From contig JACJVW010000002.1 of the NCBI GenBank assembly GCA_020637435.1, forward strand, positions 75,715-139,714: a stretch of DNA of 64,000 nucleotides, read 5' to 3'. Below the pieces are notes generated by a model, which did no database searches, was not told where the DNA came from, and was given only the letters and a program-made list of their open reading frames with translations. The stretch comes from Candidatus Woesearchaeota archaeon. GTDB taxonomy: Archaea > Nanobdellota > Nanobdellia > Woesearchaeales > JACJVW01. Of the stretch, positions 63,970 to 64,000 are shown in pieces. The stretch's first letter is position 1; the number at the start of each line of letters is the position of its first letter. The translations under genes were made by a program, and so were the position numbers.

Positions 63970-64000
63970 AGAAACATGGTATGTATCTGACAGCTGAGAC

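Noticed and set aside
63966-64000. A partial ORF starting at ATG 63966 and overlapping the grpE stop. I expected it to be dnaK.
   Set aside because: Only 11 codons are visible (MKKHGMYLTAE), and they do not resemble the DnaK N-terminus (..GIDLGTTNS). That is too little sequence to call.

Overview
This is a gene-dense 64-kb window with about 67 supportable CDS. I recognised no rRNA, tRNA, CRISPR array, transposase or integrase. All calls come from reading the ORF translations and the DNA by eye; no alignments or database searches were run.

The host looks archaeal. Evidence: an S8e C-terminal fragment at the left edge, TFE, prefoldin alpha next to ftsY, DUF357, and A/T-rich TATA boxes starting exactly 30 nt upstream of many ATGs, which implies leaderless mRNAs. 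The contig also carries several bacterial-type modules: mutS-mutL, a cheY-cheB-HPt-cheA-cheC-cheD/cheR cluster, groES-groEL and grpE.

Other recognisable genes are a glycogen-debranching-type glucosidase, inorganic pyrophosphatase, a transglutaminase-like secreted protein, ileS, pgi, acylphosphatase, two MscS-type proteins and an AbrB-PhoU regulator. A roughly 16-kb surface-glycan cluster spans 36-52 kb (GT4 x3, GT2, CE4 deacetylase, Wzx-like flippase, polytopic polymerase/GT-C-like protein, clan GH-A hydrolase, two CelD-like acyltransferases, and a membrane-methyltransferase fusion).

The most interesting unexplained items are:
- a minus-strand operon (6.7-10.7 kb) pairing an internally duplicated double-ParB/Srx protein with a large radical-SAM-like protein that has non-canonical Cys spacing;
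- a family of structured hairpin repeats with compensatory stem changes between groEL and grpE, including a CIRCE-like 9-N9-9 palindrome, with a related copy at 34.6 kb;
- a four-gene operon with two HIT-fold proteins that both lack the nucleophilic histidine;
- an MscS-like channel fused to a C39-like cysteine peptidase;
- an envelope-like orphan module (51.9-56.5 kb) with a beta-barrel-like secreted protein, lipobox proteins and a 651-aa helical protein;
- an extra stand-alone HPt gene inside the che operon.
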